This document shows, piece after piece, positions 13,755-24,116 of a stretch of DNA of 64,000 bases. The stretch's first letter is position 1, and each line of letters opens with the position of its first letter. This DNA is from an uncultured Chloroflexia bacterium (GTDB lineage: Bacteria; Chloroflexota; Anaerolineae; B4-G1; SLSP01), in contig CAVVUS010000027.1 in NCBI GenBank assembly GCA_963751345.1, positions 32,001-96,000 on the forward strand. Direction: 5' to 3'. The notes beneath the pieces are model-generated. The model was not told the origin of the DNA and did not search any database. It saw only the letters and a list, made by a program, of their open reading frames with translations. Made by a program: the position numbers and the translations under genes.

Positions 13755-13828
13755 AGGAACATTCTACCGCAGGGCGGCCAAAGTGCGAAGGCCCGGAACT
13801 CGCGTACCTGCAGGCGCCCTAATCTGTT

Positions 13829-14647
13829 TCAGGAGAACGGAGGTTTCCGAGCTGAGAAGAAGAGATATGCGCCCTCGTCGGGAAGCGTCTCTTCATAGAA
13901 GCGGCGCAGCACCACCTCGGTCAGCCATAAATTCCACCGGGATGGCACCAGCAGCCAGTGCCCCGTCAGTTTCTTCGCCACGACGCACGGCAACCCGAGA
14001 GGATGGCCCCATTCCAGGGCTGCCAGCGCATTGCGTGAGAAATACGGCCACCACCGCTCCACGACGAGACCGACCTCCGCGAGCCTCTCGGTCCACGCCT
14101 CCGGGGTCAGGTAGTAGCGATGTCGCGAGATGCGATCGAAGGCCTTCCGGTAGGCCTCCGCAAGGGACGGCAGATGCAACACATCGAGGAATCGAGCAAC
14201 AGAGAGGAACCGACGGAAATTGGGCCCGGGCACGCAGAAATGAAACCGGCCTCCAGGGGCCAAGACCCTCGTCACCTCGTGCAGGACGGGACCCACATCC
14301 GGAATGTGCTCGAGCACCGAGTTGCTCACGATGGTGCGATACGCGCCATCGGCAAAAGGCATCGCCGCACCATCCGCGTAGGTAAGCCAACGGTGCGCTC
14401 TCCGGTCGTCGGCCTCACGCAGCGGTGGCCACCAGGGATCGAGCCCCACGTCAAGGCGAAAGGGGAAGGTTACTTGCGCGAAATGCCCATCACCACACCC
14501 AAGATCCAGGACCGGCGCAGAGATCGGTAGATTCTCGTAAAAGTCTGCCTCGACGGCACGGAGCAGCGCACGAAACGCCGGCAGCTCCTGCAATTGCCGG
14601 CGGAATCTATCGGTATGCTTCTGAATAACGGGCGGCGAGGGTATCAT
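13829..14647 (-). CDS. Class I SAM-dependent methyltransferase
   Basis: VLDLGCGDG, SNSVLEHIPD, RVLAPGG motifs. Confidence 0.85.
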   Translation of the reverse strand: MIPSPPVIQKHTDRFRRQLQELPAFRALLRAVEADFYENLPISAPVLDLGCGDGHFAQVTFPFRLDVGLDPWWPPLREADDRRAHRWLTYADGAAMPFADGAYRTIVSNSVLEHIPDVGPVLHEVTRVLAPGGRFHFCVPGPNFRRFLSVARFLDVLHLPSLAEAYRKAFDRISRHRYYLTPEAWTERLAEVGLVVERWWPYFSRNALAALEWGHPLGLPCVVAKKLTGHWLLVPSRWNLWLTEVVLRRFYEETLPDEGAYLFFSARKPPFS

Positions 14648-14679
14648 GGGATCTGATCATAGCCAGGAGATACGGGCTA

Positions 14680-15960
14680 TTAGGGCTGGAAGCCATAGGA
14701 TGGGCAGAGATCGGGCACCTCATACACGGGATTGGAGTAGCCGAAGCTGTTGAGGAAGTCCAGGGCGGGCTGCGCCTGGTCGCTGTCCACGGCATAAGCA
14801 CACGCGGCCACGACATCCCCATCCCTCTGATAGGACCTCCAGAAACGTTGGGCAAGTTCGATCACAGGGTACCCAGGATCCCCGGGTGCGAGCGCTAAGT
14901 CCAGCCCGTCGTATGCTGCCTGGGCTTCAGCCGATTGGCCCTGGATAGCCGCCAGGATCACCTGCCGCCATTGTCCCAAGACCCCGAACCATTGCCGCTC
15001 GTCACCGGCACTGAAGAAGGCACCCCACGGCTCCAGCGTGTCATCTACAATCACACGTTCGTAGTCCGTTGCCGCCGATGCGTAGTCACCCGTGGACAAG
15101 GCGCGATCGCCGTCCAGAAACGCGTGATACCGGTAAGTGGGGGGACCGAGTACCTCTCCCGTCACGGTGATCACTTGCCCAGTCCAAGCCAGAGTAGTCG
15201 TGACCGGGCGCTGGGGTCCCGCCCCGACAGACCCGACCCCGCCACTCACGACGACCAGACTCGTCGCTCCCACAGTGTAGACAGGATAGGGGAATTGGAA
15301 GTCACTTCCCATCTGGTTTACGAAATCACTGCCCTGCCAGGTCCAGACGTTGGGCGTATGCCAGCAGGTGTGAGCGCCGCAACTATACTCTGAGAAGATT
15401 AGGTCGTCGACGCCATCCTGTGTCAGATCCTGAAGCGCGATCAGTTCCAGGCCATATCCCTGCAAGGACGCGTAGTGGTAGAGCACCTTGACATCTCCGG
15501 ACTGGCATGTGAAAATGAGCAAGTGCGCCTCAGGGAACAGTTGGTCAGACTGCGGATCGATCAATGCGAAGACGGTCTCCTCATTCCCGTTCCCCGTGAG
15601 GTCGCCCCTGAGCATCGTCTCGAAGTCCATCAGCGGGATGAGCCCCGGATCCCCTCCCTGGGCAAGGTAGCCCTGGAGATCCTCGATGAAGTTTGCCAAG
15701 CCGGAAGGATCATCGATAGGTCGTTCCGGCGGAGAAATGGCGCGAGATTCTGGACACTCACTTGCCGCAGGAGAGGCAGCGGGTGTCTCGGTAGCCTTCG
15801 TCGTGACCGGCGTCAGCGTTGCCGCCGGCGCCTCTGTCTGTAAGGGCGTTGCACTCGGTACAGAGATCGTCGGGGAAGCCTCTGCAAAGAGAGAGCAGCC
15901 CAGCGACAAGCCGAGCAAGACAGCGATTCCTGCCCAAAACAGCGGTCTACGTTTACGCAT
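14680..15960 (-). CDS. Hypothetical lipoprotein with Pro/Thr linker and FG-GAP-like DLTxDG motifs
   Basis: Signal peptide with lipobox LSLGC, PT-rich linker, GDLTGNG, DLTQDGVDD, CGAHTC. Confidence 0.7.
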   Translation of the reverse strand: MRKRRPLFWAGIAVLLGLSLGCSLFAEASPTISVPSATPLQTEAPAATLTPVTTKATETPAASPAASECPESRAISPPERPIDDPSGLANFIEDLQGYLAQGGDPGLIPLMDFETMLRGDLTGNGNEETVFALIDPQSDQLFPEAHLLIFTCQSGDVKVLYHYASLQGYGLELIALQDLTQDGVDDLIFSEYSCGAHTCWHTPNVWTWQGSDFVNQMGSDFQFPYPVYTVGATSLVVVSGGVGSVGAGPQRPVTTTLAWTGQVITVTGEVLGPPTYRYHAFLDGDRALSTGDYASAATDYERVIVDDTLEPWGAFFSAGDERQWFGVLGQWRQVILAAIQGQSAEAQAAYDGLDLALAPGDPGYPVIELAQRFWRSYQRDGDVVAACAYAVDSDQAQPALDFLNSFGYSNPVYEVPDLCPSYGFQP

Positions 15961-16052
15961 AGTGTCCACGGGAGCCTCCAGCCCAGCCATCACAGCGACC
16001 AAGTATAGCCGCGCCCTACGGATCCGCAACTTCACGCATCGCGTCGTCTCAA

Positions 16053-16080
16053 TTGCACCTCTGCGAAACATGCCTATAAT
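16053..16080 (+). promoter_or_regulatory. Sigma70-type promoter of the S1-domain gene
   Basis: TTGCAC-16 bp-TATAAT upstream of RBS AGGAG and ATG 16116. Confidence 0.6.
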
Positions 16081-16115
16081 AGAGTCAGAAGATCACATCC
16101 AGGAGAATCGCAAGT

Positions 16116-17246
16116 ATGGAAAGCCTGCCTCCAGTGTCTAGCACTGACCCTGATCCCATGGGTACACTCCTTGAGGAGTACATGGATACCCGACGGTGGC
16201 ACCGCGGCGAGATCGTCGACGGTGTCATCGCTTCAGTCAACCCGAGGTCAATTCTGATCGACATCGGCGGAAAATCCGATGCTGTTGTCCATCCGCGTGA
16301 GGTCGAGCGCATGACCGACGAGGACCTGCAGTTGCTCAAGCCCGGGCAGGATGTCAGTGTCTATGTGATCGAGAGTGACAGCGATGGCACTATGCTCGTG
16401 TCGCTGGCTCGCGCCTCTCAGCAAAGCGACTGGGAGCAGGCACAGGAGCTGATGGACAATAACGAGACAGTTGATCTCACCGTTGTCGATACCAATAAGG
16501 GTGGGGTTATCGTGCGTTTGGGAGAGCTCCGGGGATTTGTGCCGGGCTCTCAGCTGATGCCGAACTGGCGTCGATATCAGGACACCGCCAACCCCGAGCG
16601 CCGGTGGCGTGCCCTGATGGGGAAGGTCTTGAAGCTCAGCGTCATCGAGGTCACGGCAGAACGCAATCGGCTGATCTTCTCGGAGCGCGGCGCGTATCAT
16701 CGTCGTGCGACCAAGCGCAAGCTCCTCGAAAGTCTACAGGTGGGTTCGGTGGAGAAGGGTGTGGTGAGCAATATCGTGCCCTTCGGTGCCTTCGTCAACG
16801 TCAACGGTGTGGATGGGCTTCTCCACGTCTCCGAACTATCGTGGAGGCGTGTGAACGATCCCCAGGAGGTGATACAGGCCGGTCAGACGATTGACGTGTT
16901 CATCCTGGACATCAACCTGGACAAGGAGAGGCTGGGGTTGAGCCTGAAACGGTTAACTCCAGATCCGTGGACAGAGGTCGACGAAGTGTGTCGTGTCGGG
17001 CAAGTCGTCGATGTCTCGGTGGTGAATCTCACTTCCTTCGGAGCTTTTGCAGCCCTGGTCGATATGCCTGAACTGGAGGGGCTGATCCATATCTCGGAAC
17101 TCAGCGATGATCCCATCAGCCATCCCGAAGAGGTGATCGCTGTCGGAGATCAATGCAGGGTCAAGGTCATTTCTGTCAAACCGGATCAGCGGCGCATCGC
17201 TTTCAGTTTGAAGTCTGCAGATGGATCGGAGCCTACCGAGGGCTGA
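16116..17246 (+). CDS. S1 RNA-binding domain protein (four S1 domains; bS1-like)
   Basis: IDIGGKSDAV, RGFVPGSQL, VDGLLHVSELSW, EGLIHISELS repeats. Confidence 0.85.
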   Translation: MESLPPVSSTDPDPMGTLLEEYMDTRRWHRGEIVDGVIASVNPRSILIDIGGKSDAVVHPREVERMTDEDLQLLKPGQDVSVYVIESDSDGTMLVSLARASQQSDWEQAQELMDNNETVDLTVVDTNKGGVIVRLGELRGFVPGSQLMPNWRRYQDTANPERRWRALMGKVLKLSVIEVTAERNRLIFSERGAYHRRATKRKLLESLQVGSVEKGVVSNIVPFGAFVNVNGVDGLLHVSELSWRRVNDPQEVIQAGQTIDVFILDINLDKERLGLSLKRLTPDPWTEVDEVCRVGQVVDVSVVNLTSFGAFAALVDMPELEGLIHISELSDDPISHPEEVIAVGDQCRVKVISVKPDQRRIAFSLKSADGSEPTEG

Positions 17247-17322
17247 GGTCGTGCCCAGCTGACCTTAGTGTTGCACCCGGCCCTGCGGCCATGGCCACAG
17301 CCGGATAGTTTGGACATATCTC

Positions 17323-17354
17323 GGCCCCGGTTCATTACCGGGGCCTTGTTGTTT
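17323..17354 (+). terminator. Rho-independent terminator
   Basis: GGCCCCGGT-TCATT-ACCGGGGCC followed by TTGTTGTTT. Confidence 0.7.
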
Positions 17355-17370
17355 CGTATAGGAGGGTACG

Positions 17371-18175
17371 ATGGCTGAGATCCGACCGCCCGCGGTCGCG
17401 GGCATGTTCTATCCTGGACAGTCCGACGCTCTACGCGAAGCGATTGAGGGATACCTCCAGCGAGCCACGTCGCCACAGCTTTCGCCGGTCAGAGCCTTGA
17501 TCGCTCCCCACGCCGGCTACATGTATTCCGGTCCGGTCGCAGCCTATGCCTACCGGCTGCTATCCGAACAGGAGACCAAACCCCAACGCGTCTTCATCCT
17601 GGGTCCTTCTCATCGCGCTTGGTTCCCTGGCGTCGCCGTTTCCGATGTCGATGGGTTCCGCACGCCCTTGGGCGTACAACCCGTGGACCGGGTGGTCGCG
17701 ACGGAGATGTCGGAGACGATGGCGCATCTTCAGCGCCATCAACACCCCCCACGAACCTGAGCATTGTCTTGAGGTACAGGTTCCCTTTCTCCAAATGGTC
17801 CTTCCGGATATCCCGATCGTCCCCATGTTGTTCGGTGAAGTTGATCCTATCGAGGTGGGTAAGGCACTTCTCGAGATCTTGAGGCCGGAGGACTTGATCA
17901 TTGTCAGCTCCGATTTGAGCCACTACCACGCCAATAAGGCGGCGCACGACATTGACGCCCGCTTTCTCGACGCGATTCTCAAGGGAGACAAGCGGGGCGT
18001 CGCCGGCAGCGAGGCGTGTGGACAAGTCCCGGCACTAACGTTGATGACCGTCGCGGAGGATCGTGGCTGGCAGCCCCATCTGCTCGACTATCGCACGTCG
18101 GGGGACGTCACAGGTGAACATAGACAGGTCGTGGGCTACGCCGCCGTGGCCTACGTGGAAGGAGGCCAAGGATGA
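17371..18175 (+). CDS. amrB: AmmeMemoRadiSam system protein B (MEMO1 family); frameshift near 17725
   Basis: RPPAVAGMFYP, PHAGYMYSG, LGPSH, EHCLEVQVPFLQ, SSDLSHY, VVGYA. Confidence 0.9.
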
Positions 18176-18750
18176 CCGAGAGTTATCTTGCAGAGGACGA
18201 AGGCCGGTACCTGCTGCGCCTGGCTCGCCATACGCTTGAGCAAGCGCTCAACGTGTCTACCGGGCCGATGGAGCCTCCGCCACCATCGGAGCTCATGGAG
18301 CAGTTCGGCGCCGCCTTTGTGACGCTGAACAAGCGGGGCGGAGAGCTCCGTGGCTGCATCGGCTCACTCGTTGCGTGTCGCACGCTCATCCAGGATGTCT
18401 GTGCCAACGCATATGCCGCCGCCTTCGAAGATCCTCGCTTCCCACCGCTAACCAAGGAGGAACTGCCGGACATTGTCATCGAGGTCTCCGTCCTTACCCG
18501 TCCGGAGCCCCTGCAGTATACCGGTCCCAAAGATCTTGTCGCGAAGCTACGCCCGGATATCGATGGCGTCGTCATCGAACGAGGGTGGCACAGGGCTACG
18601 TTCCTGCCGCAGGTGTGGGACCAGTTACCGTTGCCGGAAGAGTTCCTGGCTCATCTGTGCTACAAGGCAGGGTTGCCCGGTCTTGCCTGGAAGCAAGGCG
18701 ACCTTGAAGTCTCGACCTACCAGGTTCAGGAGTTCGTGGAGCCACATTGA
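18172..18750 (+). CDS. amrA: AmmeMemoRadiSam system protein A (AMMECR1 family)
   Basis: FVTL, LRGCIG, AAFEDPRF, ATFLPQVW, LCYKAG. Confidence 0.9.
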   Translation: MTESYLAEDEGRYLLRLARHTLEQALNVSTGPMEPPPPSELMEQFGAAFVTLNKRGGELRGCIGSLVACRTLIQDVCANAYAAAFEDPRFPPLTKEELPDIVIEVSVLTRPEPLQYTGPKDLVAKLRPDIDGVVIERGWHRATFLPQVWDQLPLPEEFLAHLCYKAGLPGLAWKQGDLEVSTYQVQEFVEPH

Positions 18751-18868
18751 ACCCGCAGGCTCTGCTGCAACCTCCCGGCAGGATCTGCGTACTATTGAGT
18801 AGAAATCACTCGTGCATTGGCCGGCAGGATAACGCTGTCGGGCAGTCCACCGACAATCAGGAGGAAGA

Positions 18869-19381
18869 ATGAACGAAGAGAACGAAGTGACAATGGAAAC
18901 ACCAGAGGCGCCCAAGGCACCTTCGACGGCATCGAGCACACCCAATGTGGCACCAGCGCCGGCTGCGCCACAGCCGCTGTCAGCCAGTGACGAGCGCACC
19001 TGGGCGATGCTGGCACATCTGAGCGTGCTGCTCAACCTGATCACAGGCTTCCTGGGGATAGCCGCCGCACTGGTGATCTACCTGGTCTACAAGGACCGGT
19101 CGCGATACGTCGCCTACCAGTCGATGCAGGCTTTCCTCTTCCAGCTCATCTTCTGGGCCGGAGGCGGGCTGCTGATCGGAATCATGTGGGCCGTCGTCGG
19201 GGCGTTGAGCGCGGTACTCGTCGGACTCTTGCTCATCCCGTTTGCCGTCCTGCTCACACTTGTCTTTGTGTTGATGCCGCTCCTGGCCCTCGTCTACGGT
19301 GTCGTCGGCGGCGTGCAGTGCTCCAACGGGGATGACTTCCGCTATTGGCTGGTCGGTGACTGGGCACTGCACATGATGTAA
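18869..19381 (+). CDS. DUF4870-like membrane protein
   Basis: ERTWAMLAHLS, YKDRSRYVAYQSMQA, GDDFRYWLVG pattern. Confidence 0.75.
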   Translation: MNEENEVTMETPEAPKAPSTASSTPNVAPAPAAPQPLSASDERTWAMLAHLSVLLNLITGFLGIAAALVIYLVYKDRSRYVAYQSMQAFLFQLIFWAGGGLLIGIMWAVVGALSAVLVGLLLIPFAVLLTLVFVLMPLLALVYGVVGGVQCSNGDDFRYWLVGDWALHMM

Positions 19382-19479
19382 TCGTGCTTGTGATCGCCAT
19401 CGACATCAGCTAACGGGATCTCACGCGATCGTACCCGCTCGGCCATACCGCCGAGCGGGTACCTTTGCTAGGAGTGGCA

Positions 19480-20244
19480 ATGGATGTGGATATAGAGGAA
19501 CCGCGCGCCGCCATCGAACTGATGGGGATTCCCATCCACGACGTCACGATGGAGGAGACGGTGCAATGGATAGGACGCTGGATCGCCGAGGGTGGGGTGC
19601 ACCAGATCGCCACCGTCAATCCCGAGTTCCTTATGAGAGCCAGGGACGATACCGCGTTTTCGACAGTCCTGCGCCGCGCCGCGCTCTGTATCCCGGACGG
19701 ATTTGGCGTCGTGTGGGCCGCCAGGCTCCGGGGGCAACGGCTGCGCGAACGGGTGGCGGGCTCCGATCTCGTGCCCCGCCTGGCCCGAGAAGCTGCCGAT
19801 CAGGGCTGGCACGTCTTCTTCCTCGGCGCCGCCCCGGGTGTCGCCGCGCGGGCAGCCGCCATCCTCGCAGAGCGCAATCCCCATCTCCAGGTCGCCGGAT
19901 GCTATGCGGGCTCCCCTGCCAGAGAAGAGGAGCAGGCCATCGTGGATCGGGTCCGAACCTCCGGGGCCGATCTGCTGCTGGTCGCGTACGGGGCGCCCAA
20001 CCAGGATCTGTGGCTGGGTCGGAATTTGCAGCACACCGGCGCCCCGGTGGGCATCGGCATTGGGGGCTCCCTCGACTTCGTCGCCGGCTATTCCCGGCGG
20101 GCCCCTCGATGGGTCCAGAAAATGGGGCTCGAATGGCTGCACCGGCTCATCCGGGAACCCAGGCGTTGGCGGCGACAACTGGCCCTCCCGAAGTTTGCTG
20201 CTCTGATCCTCCTCGGACGCGACAAGCCGAGAAATCCAGAATAG
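19480..20244 (+). CDS. WecB/TagA/CpsF family glycosyltransferase
   Basis: TVNPE, PDGFGVVWA, RVAGSDL, GAPNQD, GLEWLHRLIREPRR. Confidence 0.9.
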   Translation: MDVDIEEPRAAIELMGIPIHDVTMEETVQWIGRWIAEGGVHQIATVNPEFLMRARDDTAFSTVLRRAALCIPDGFGVVWAARLRGQRLRERVAGSDLVPRLAREAADQGWHVFFLGAAPGVAARAAAILAERNPHLQVAGCYAGSPAREEEQAIVDRVRTSGADLLLVAYGAPNQDLWLGRNLQHTGAPVGIGIGGSLDFVAGYSRRAPRWVQKMGLEWLHRLIREPRRWRRQLALPKFAALILLGRDKPRNPE

Positions 20245-20381
20245 AGAATGAAGCATAGAAGAACGAAGACAGCTCCTATCTCCGCTGCTGCCTATGAGTG
20301 GAGACCCATGTGATCTGTGGTTCCCTCCGAGCCACTATCTTCTATTCTCCCATTCTTTCATTCTCCGATTCTCCGATTCCC
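20238..20381. repeat. Imperfect inverted pair of 7-8 bp periodic AGAAT/ATTCT repeats
   Basis: AGAATAG AGAATGA AGCATAG AAG ... CTATTCT CCCATTCT TTCATTCT CCGATTCT CCGATTCC. Confidence 0.55.
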
Positions 20382-20438
20382 TCCCCCGTGGTAAGATACG
20401 GGACCAAAACGATGGCAAGTGAGTAGAAGGAGTCACCT

Positions 20439-21330
20439 ATGCAGACTTCACCGAATGCTTCCGAGACACTGGTAGCTGCAGCTAACCCGCTGATTGAACT
20501 GGCGCTGGAAGAGGACATCGGCACCGGCGACGCTACCAGCCTCTCAACGCTTGAGCCCGAGACCTTACTCGAAGGGCGCATCGTTGCCAAGGCTCCCGGT
20601 GTGATCGCCGGCTTGGCGGTGGCGGAGTCCGTGTTCTGCCACGTCGATCCGGCTATCAGCTTCACGGCGCACGTGCAGGATGGACAGGCCGTCGTAGCCG
20701 GCGAATTGGTCGCCGTAGTCACCGGACCCGGCCAAAGCCTCCTTGCCGCGGAGCGAACGGCGCTCAATTTCCTCCAGAGGATGTCGGGCATTGCCACCCA
20801 GACACGCAGACTGGTGGGCGCGGTCGGTACCAGCAACGCCACCGTTCTCGACACCCGCAAGACCCTGCCCGGCTATAGGATTCTGGATAAATATGCCGTC
20901 AGGATGGGGGGCGGGACCAATCATCGGATGTCGCTGTACGACATGCTCCTGATCAAGGACAATCACATCGATGCATCGGGTGGCATCGCCCCGGCCATCC
21001 GGCGAGCGCGCGAGAGCTATCCCGACCTGCCGATCGAGGTCGAGGTTCGCGACCTCGCGGAGCTCCAGGAGGCACTCGCGGCCGATCCTCCCCTGGACCG
21101 CATCCTGCTCGACAATATGACGCTGCCCGAGATGCGCGAGGCCGTTGCGCTCACAGCAGATCGGGTGCCCCTGGAAGCCTCGGGCAACGTCACGCTCGAG
21201 CGCGTTTCAGAAATCGCAGCGACAGGCGTCGATTACATCTCGGTGGGCAGCCTGACACACTCGGTGACAGCACTTGACATCAGCATGAAGATCGGGCCCA
21301 CGACGAATCCCGATGAGCGCGATCTGGTCA
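20439..21330 (+). CDS. nadC: Quinolinate phosphoribosyltransferase (nicotinate-nucleotide diphosphorylase); probably fused to NadA
   Basis: ALEEDIG, ERTALNFLQ, DTRKTLPG, LIKDNH, ILLDNM, EASGN, ALDISM; no stop after the domain. Confidence 0.9.
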
Positions 21331-22355
21331 CGAGAGATTCGCAAGATCAAGCAGGATTTCGGGGATCGCCTCGTCATTTTGGGCCACCACTATCAACGGG
21401 ACGAGATCATCGATCTGGCCGATTTCCGCGGCGACTCGTTGCAGCTTTCGCGCGAGGCAGCCCAAACCGATGCGGAGGTCATTGTCTTCTGCGGGGTACA
21501 CTTCATGGCCGAGACCGCCGCGATTCTCGCCAAGCCAGGCCAACACGTCCTGATCCCCGACGTTACTGCGGGCTGCTATCTGGCCGATACCGCCACGCCC
21601 GAAGGGGTGGAGGCCGCCTGGCAAGCGTTGGATGAAGCGCTTGGCGATGCCGAGCGTGAGATAACGCCCATCACCTACGTCAACTCCTCGGCGACCCTCA
21701 AGGCCTTCTGTGGCCTGCACGGTGGCGCGGTCTGTACCTCGGGCAATGCGGAACGGGTCATGCAGTGGGCTTTGGGACAACGTCCACGCGTGTTCTTCTT
21801 CCCCGACCAACATCTCGGCCGCAACACAGCTAATCGAATGGGCGTACCGGCAGCAGAGATGCTCCTCTGGACGCCACGAACACCGCCCGATCCGGAGGTC
21901 ATCCGGGCCAGCAAAGTGATCCTGTGGCCTGGGGCCTGCAACGTCCACATGCGATTCCGCCCCGAACACGTCCGCTCGGTCCGCGAGCGCTACCCGAACA
22001 TCCGTGTGGTCGCCCACCCGGAGTGCCGGGCTGAAGTCGTGGCGCTGGCCGATGAGAGTGGCTCGACAGCTCGCATCATCCACCTGATCGAGGCCGTCAG
22101 AATCGGGTGCCCAGTGGGCCGTGGCGACCGAGAGTCGCCTGGTCTACCGCCTCCAGGCCGAGCACCCCGACCAGCTCATCATCCCGCTCGCAGACGTTCC
22201 ACCATTCTGCAAGACGATGAGCCAGATCACACTCGCCAATCTCAGTGAGACGCTGGCAGCCTTGAGTCGAGGAGAGATGCACAACGAGGTGACGGTCGAC
22301 GACGAGATCAGCGCATTGGGCTCGGACCGCCCTGGAAAGGATGCTCTCCCTGTAG
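21313..22355 (+). CDS. nadA: Quinolinate synthase; frameshifts near 22100 and 22320
   Basis: ILGHHYQR, GDSLQLS, FCGVHFMAETA, YVNS, PDQHLGRN, CNVH, HPEC, CKTM, ending ALERMLSL. Confidence 0.9.
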
Positions 22356-22376
22356 CGCGGCGCCAGGGACCTTACT

Positions 22377-24014
22377 ATGCCTATCGAAACTGACGTTCTT
22401 ATCATTGGTTGTGGAATTGCAGGTGCAACGGCGGCACTCCGATTGGCGCAGGACACACAGCGCCAGATTATCCTGATCACCCGTACGTATGACCCTGAGG
22501 AATCGAACACCCGCTATGCACAAGGGGGCATTGTCGCGAGGGGCCATGATGATTCTCCGGACCTTCTGACCGAAGATATCCTCCGTGCGGGAGCCGGCCT
22601 CAGTTTGCCCAGTGCGGCCCATCTCATCGCCGATGAGGGACCTAACCTGGTCCAGCAACTGCTCGTAGAGGAGCTGGGTGTCCCCTTCAGCACCGAAGAG
22701 GGAGGGGGGCTTGCCTACACCCGCGAGGGCGGCCATTCACTCTCTCGCATCCTCCACGTCGGTGATGCAACCGGCCACGCCATCGAGAAGGCACTGATCG
22801 AACGACTACAGGCCCTGCCCAACGTGGACCTGCGGGCCGGCCTGACTGCCATTGATCTGATTACGTCTTCGCATCACAGCAAGGATCCTCTCGACGTCTA
22901 CGCGCCGATCACGTGCCACGGGGCGTACGTTCTTGATCGAGCGGCCAACAAAGTCGACCGCGTTTTGGCAAAGGCCACCGTCCTGGCGACCGGCGGCGTG
23001 GGGCGCATCTACCGGCATACCAGCAACCCTCCCAGTGCCCGCGGCGACGGATTAGCCATGGCCTATCGCGCCGGTGCCCGCGTCATCAACGCGGAGTACA
23101 TACAGTTTCACCCCACCACGCTGGCGGTCCCGGGTGCGGACAACTTCCTCATCTCCGAGGCCGTGCGCGGCGAGGGAGCCAGGCTCTATACACCGGACGG
23201 TCGTCACTTTATGGACGACGTGGCGCCTGAATGGGGCGACTTGGCGCCGCGCGACGTGGTGGCACGGGCGATTCACCACGAAATGTTGGAGCACGGATAT
23301 CCCTACGTCCTGCTCAACCTTGCCGAGGCGATGGACAAGGAGCGGATCGCCGAGCGTTTCCCCACCATCTATGAAACCTGCAAGCAGGCGGGAATCGATA
23401 TGACGGAAGATCCGATTCCCGTCGTCCCCGCCGCACACTATTTCTGTGGCGGCGTGCACGTCGATCTGCAGGGGCGCAGTTCACTCAAGGGGCTCTACGC
23501 CGTCGGCGAGGTGAGTTGTACCGGCGTCCATGGGGCTAACCGCCTTGCGAGCACTTCGCTCCTGGAGGGGCTGGTGTGGGGCTACCGCGCAGGCATCGAC
23601 ATCGCAGGCAGGGACGACCTTAGCGTGATCAACGAGGCGTGCATCCCGCCCTGGCGCGACGTGAGCGAGGGTGCCGGCGCCGATCCTGTGCTGGCCTACC
23701 GTGACTCACGGACGATCCAGAACATCATGTGGCTCTACGTCGGGTTGGCGCGTAACACCCACCGGCTCGCGCGCGCGCTCAAGGATCTCAACCACCTCTG
23801 GGAGGTCATCGACGGGTTCTACCGGTCGACCCGGCTCAACGATCAGCTCATCGGCCTGCGGAACATGGCTCAGGCCGCGTGGATCGTGACGTTGGCCGCA
23901 TGGCACAACCGGCAGTCGCTAGGCGCTCACTACCGGGAGGATGCTGAGACATCGCACTTTGTCAGTCGTCACGACGTCGACGGCCCCTTCCCCAGCACCG
24001 GCCCAGAGATCTGA
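22377..24014 (+). CDS. nadB: L-aspartate oxidase
   Basis: GCGIAG, NTRYAQGGI, REGGHS, QFHPT, LISEAVRGEG, GVHGANRLASTSLLEG. Confidence 0.95.
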   Translation: MPIETDVLIIGCGIAGATAALRLAQDTQRQIILITRTYDPEESNTRYAQGGIVARGHDDSPDLLTEDILRAGAGLSLPSAAHLIADEGPNLVQQLLVEELGVPFSTEEGGGLAYTREGGHSLSRILHVGDATGHAIEKALIERLQALPNVDLRAGLTAIDLITSSHHSKDPLDVYAPITCHGAYVLDRAANKVDRVLAKATVLATGGVGRIYRHTSNPPSARGDGLAMAYRAGARVINAEYIQFHPTTLAVPGADNFLISEAVRGEGARLYTPDGRHFMDDVAPEWGDLAPRDVVARAIHHEMLEHGYPYVLLNLAEAMDKERIAERFPTIYETCKQAGIDMTEDPIPVVPAAHYFCGGVHVDLQGRSSLKGLYAVGEVSCTGVHGANRLASTSLLEGLVWGYRAGIDIAGRDDLSVINEACIPPWRDVSEGAGADPVLAYRDSRTIQNIMWLYVGLARNTHRLARALKDLNHLWEVIDGFYRSTRLNDQLIGLRNMAQAAWIVTLAAWHNRQSLGAHYREDAETSHFVSRHDVDGPFPSTGPEI

Positions 24015-24023
24015 CCTGCCATC

Positions 24024-24116
24024 GTAGAGACGTGGCGGCGCCACGTCTTCGGACGCAGTAGGCGCGGCACCGGGGCCAGGCACGGCGAAGTAGATGACCC
24101 GCCAGGTCGTCTCTAC
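24024..24116. repeat. Pair of GTAG-type REP-like palindromes between convergent nadB and nadD-like genes
   Basis: GTAGAGACGTGGCGGCGCCACGTCT (24024-24048) and GTAGATGACCCGCCAGGTCGTCTCTAC (24090-24116). Confidence 0.7.
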
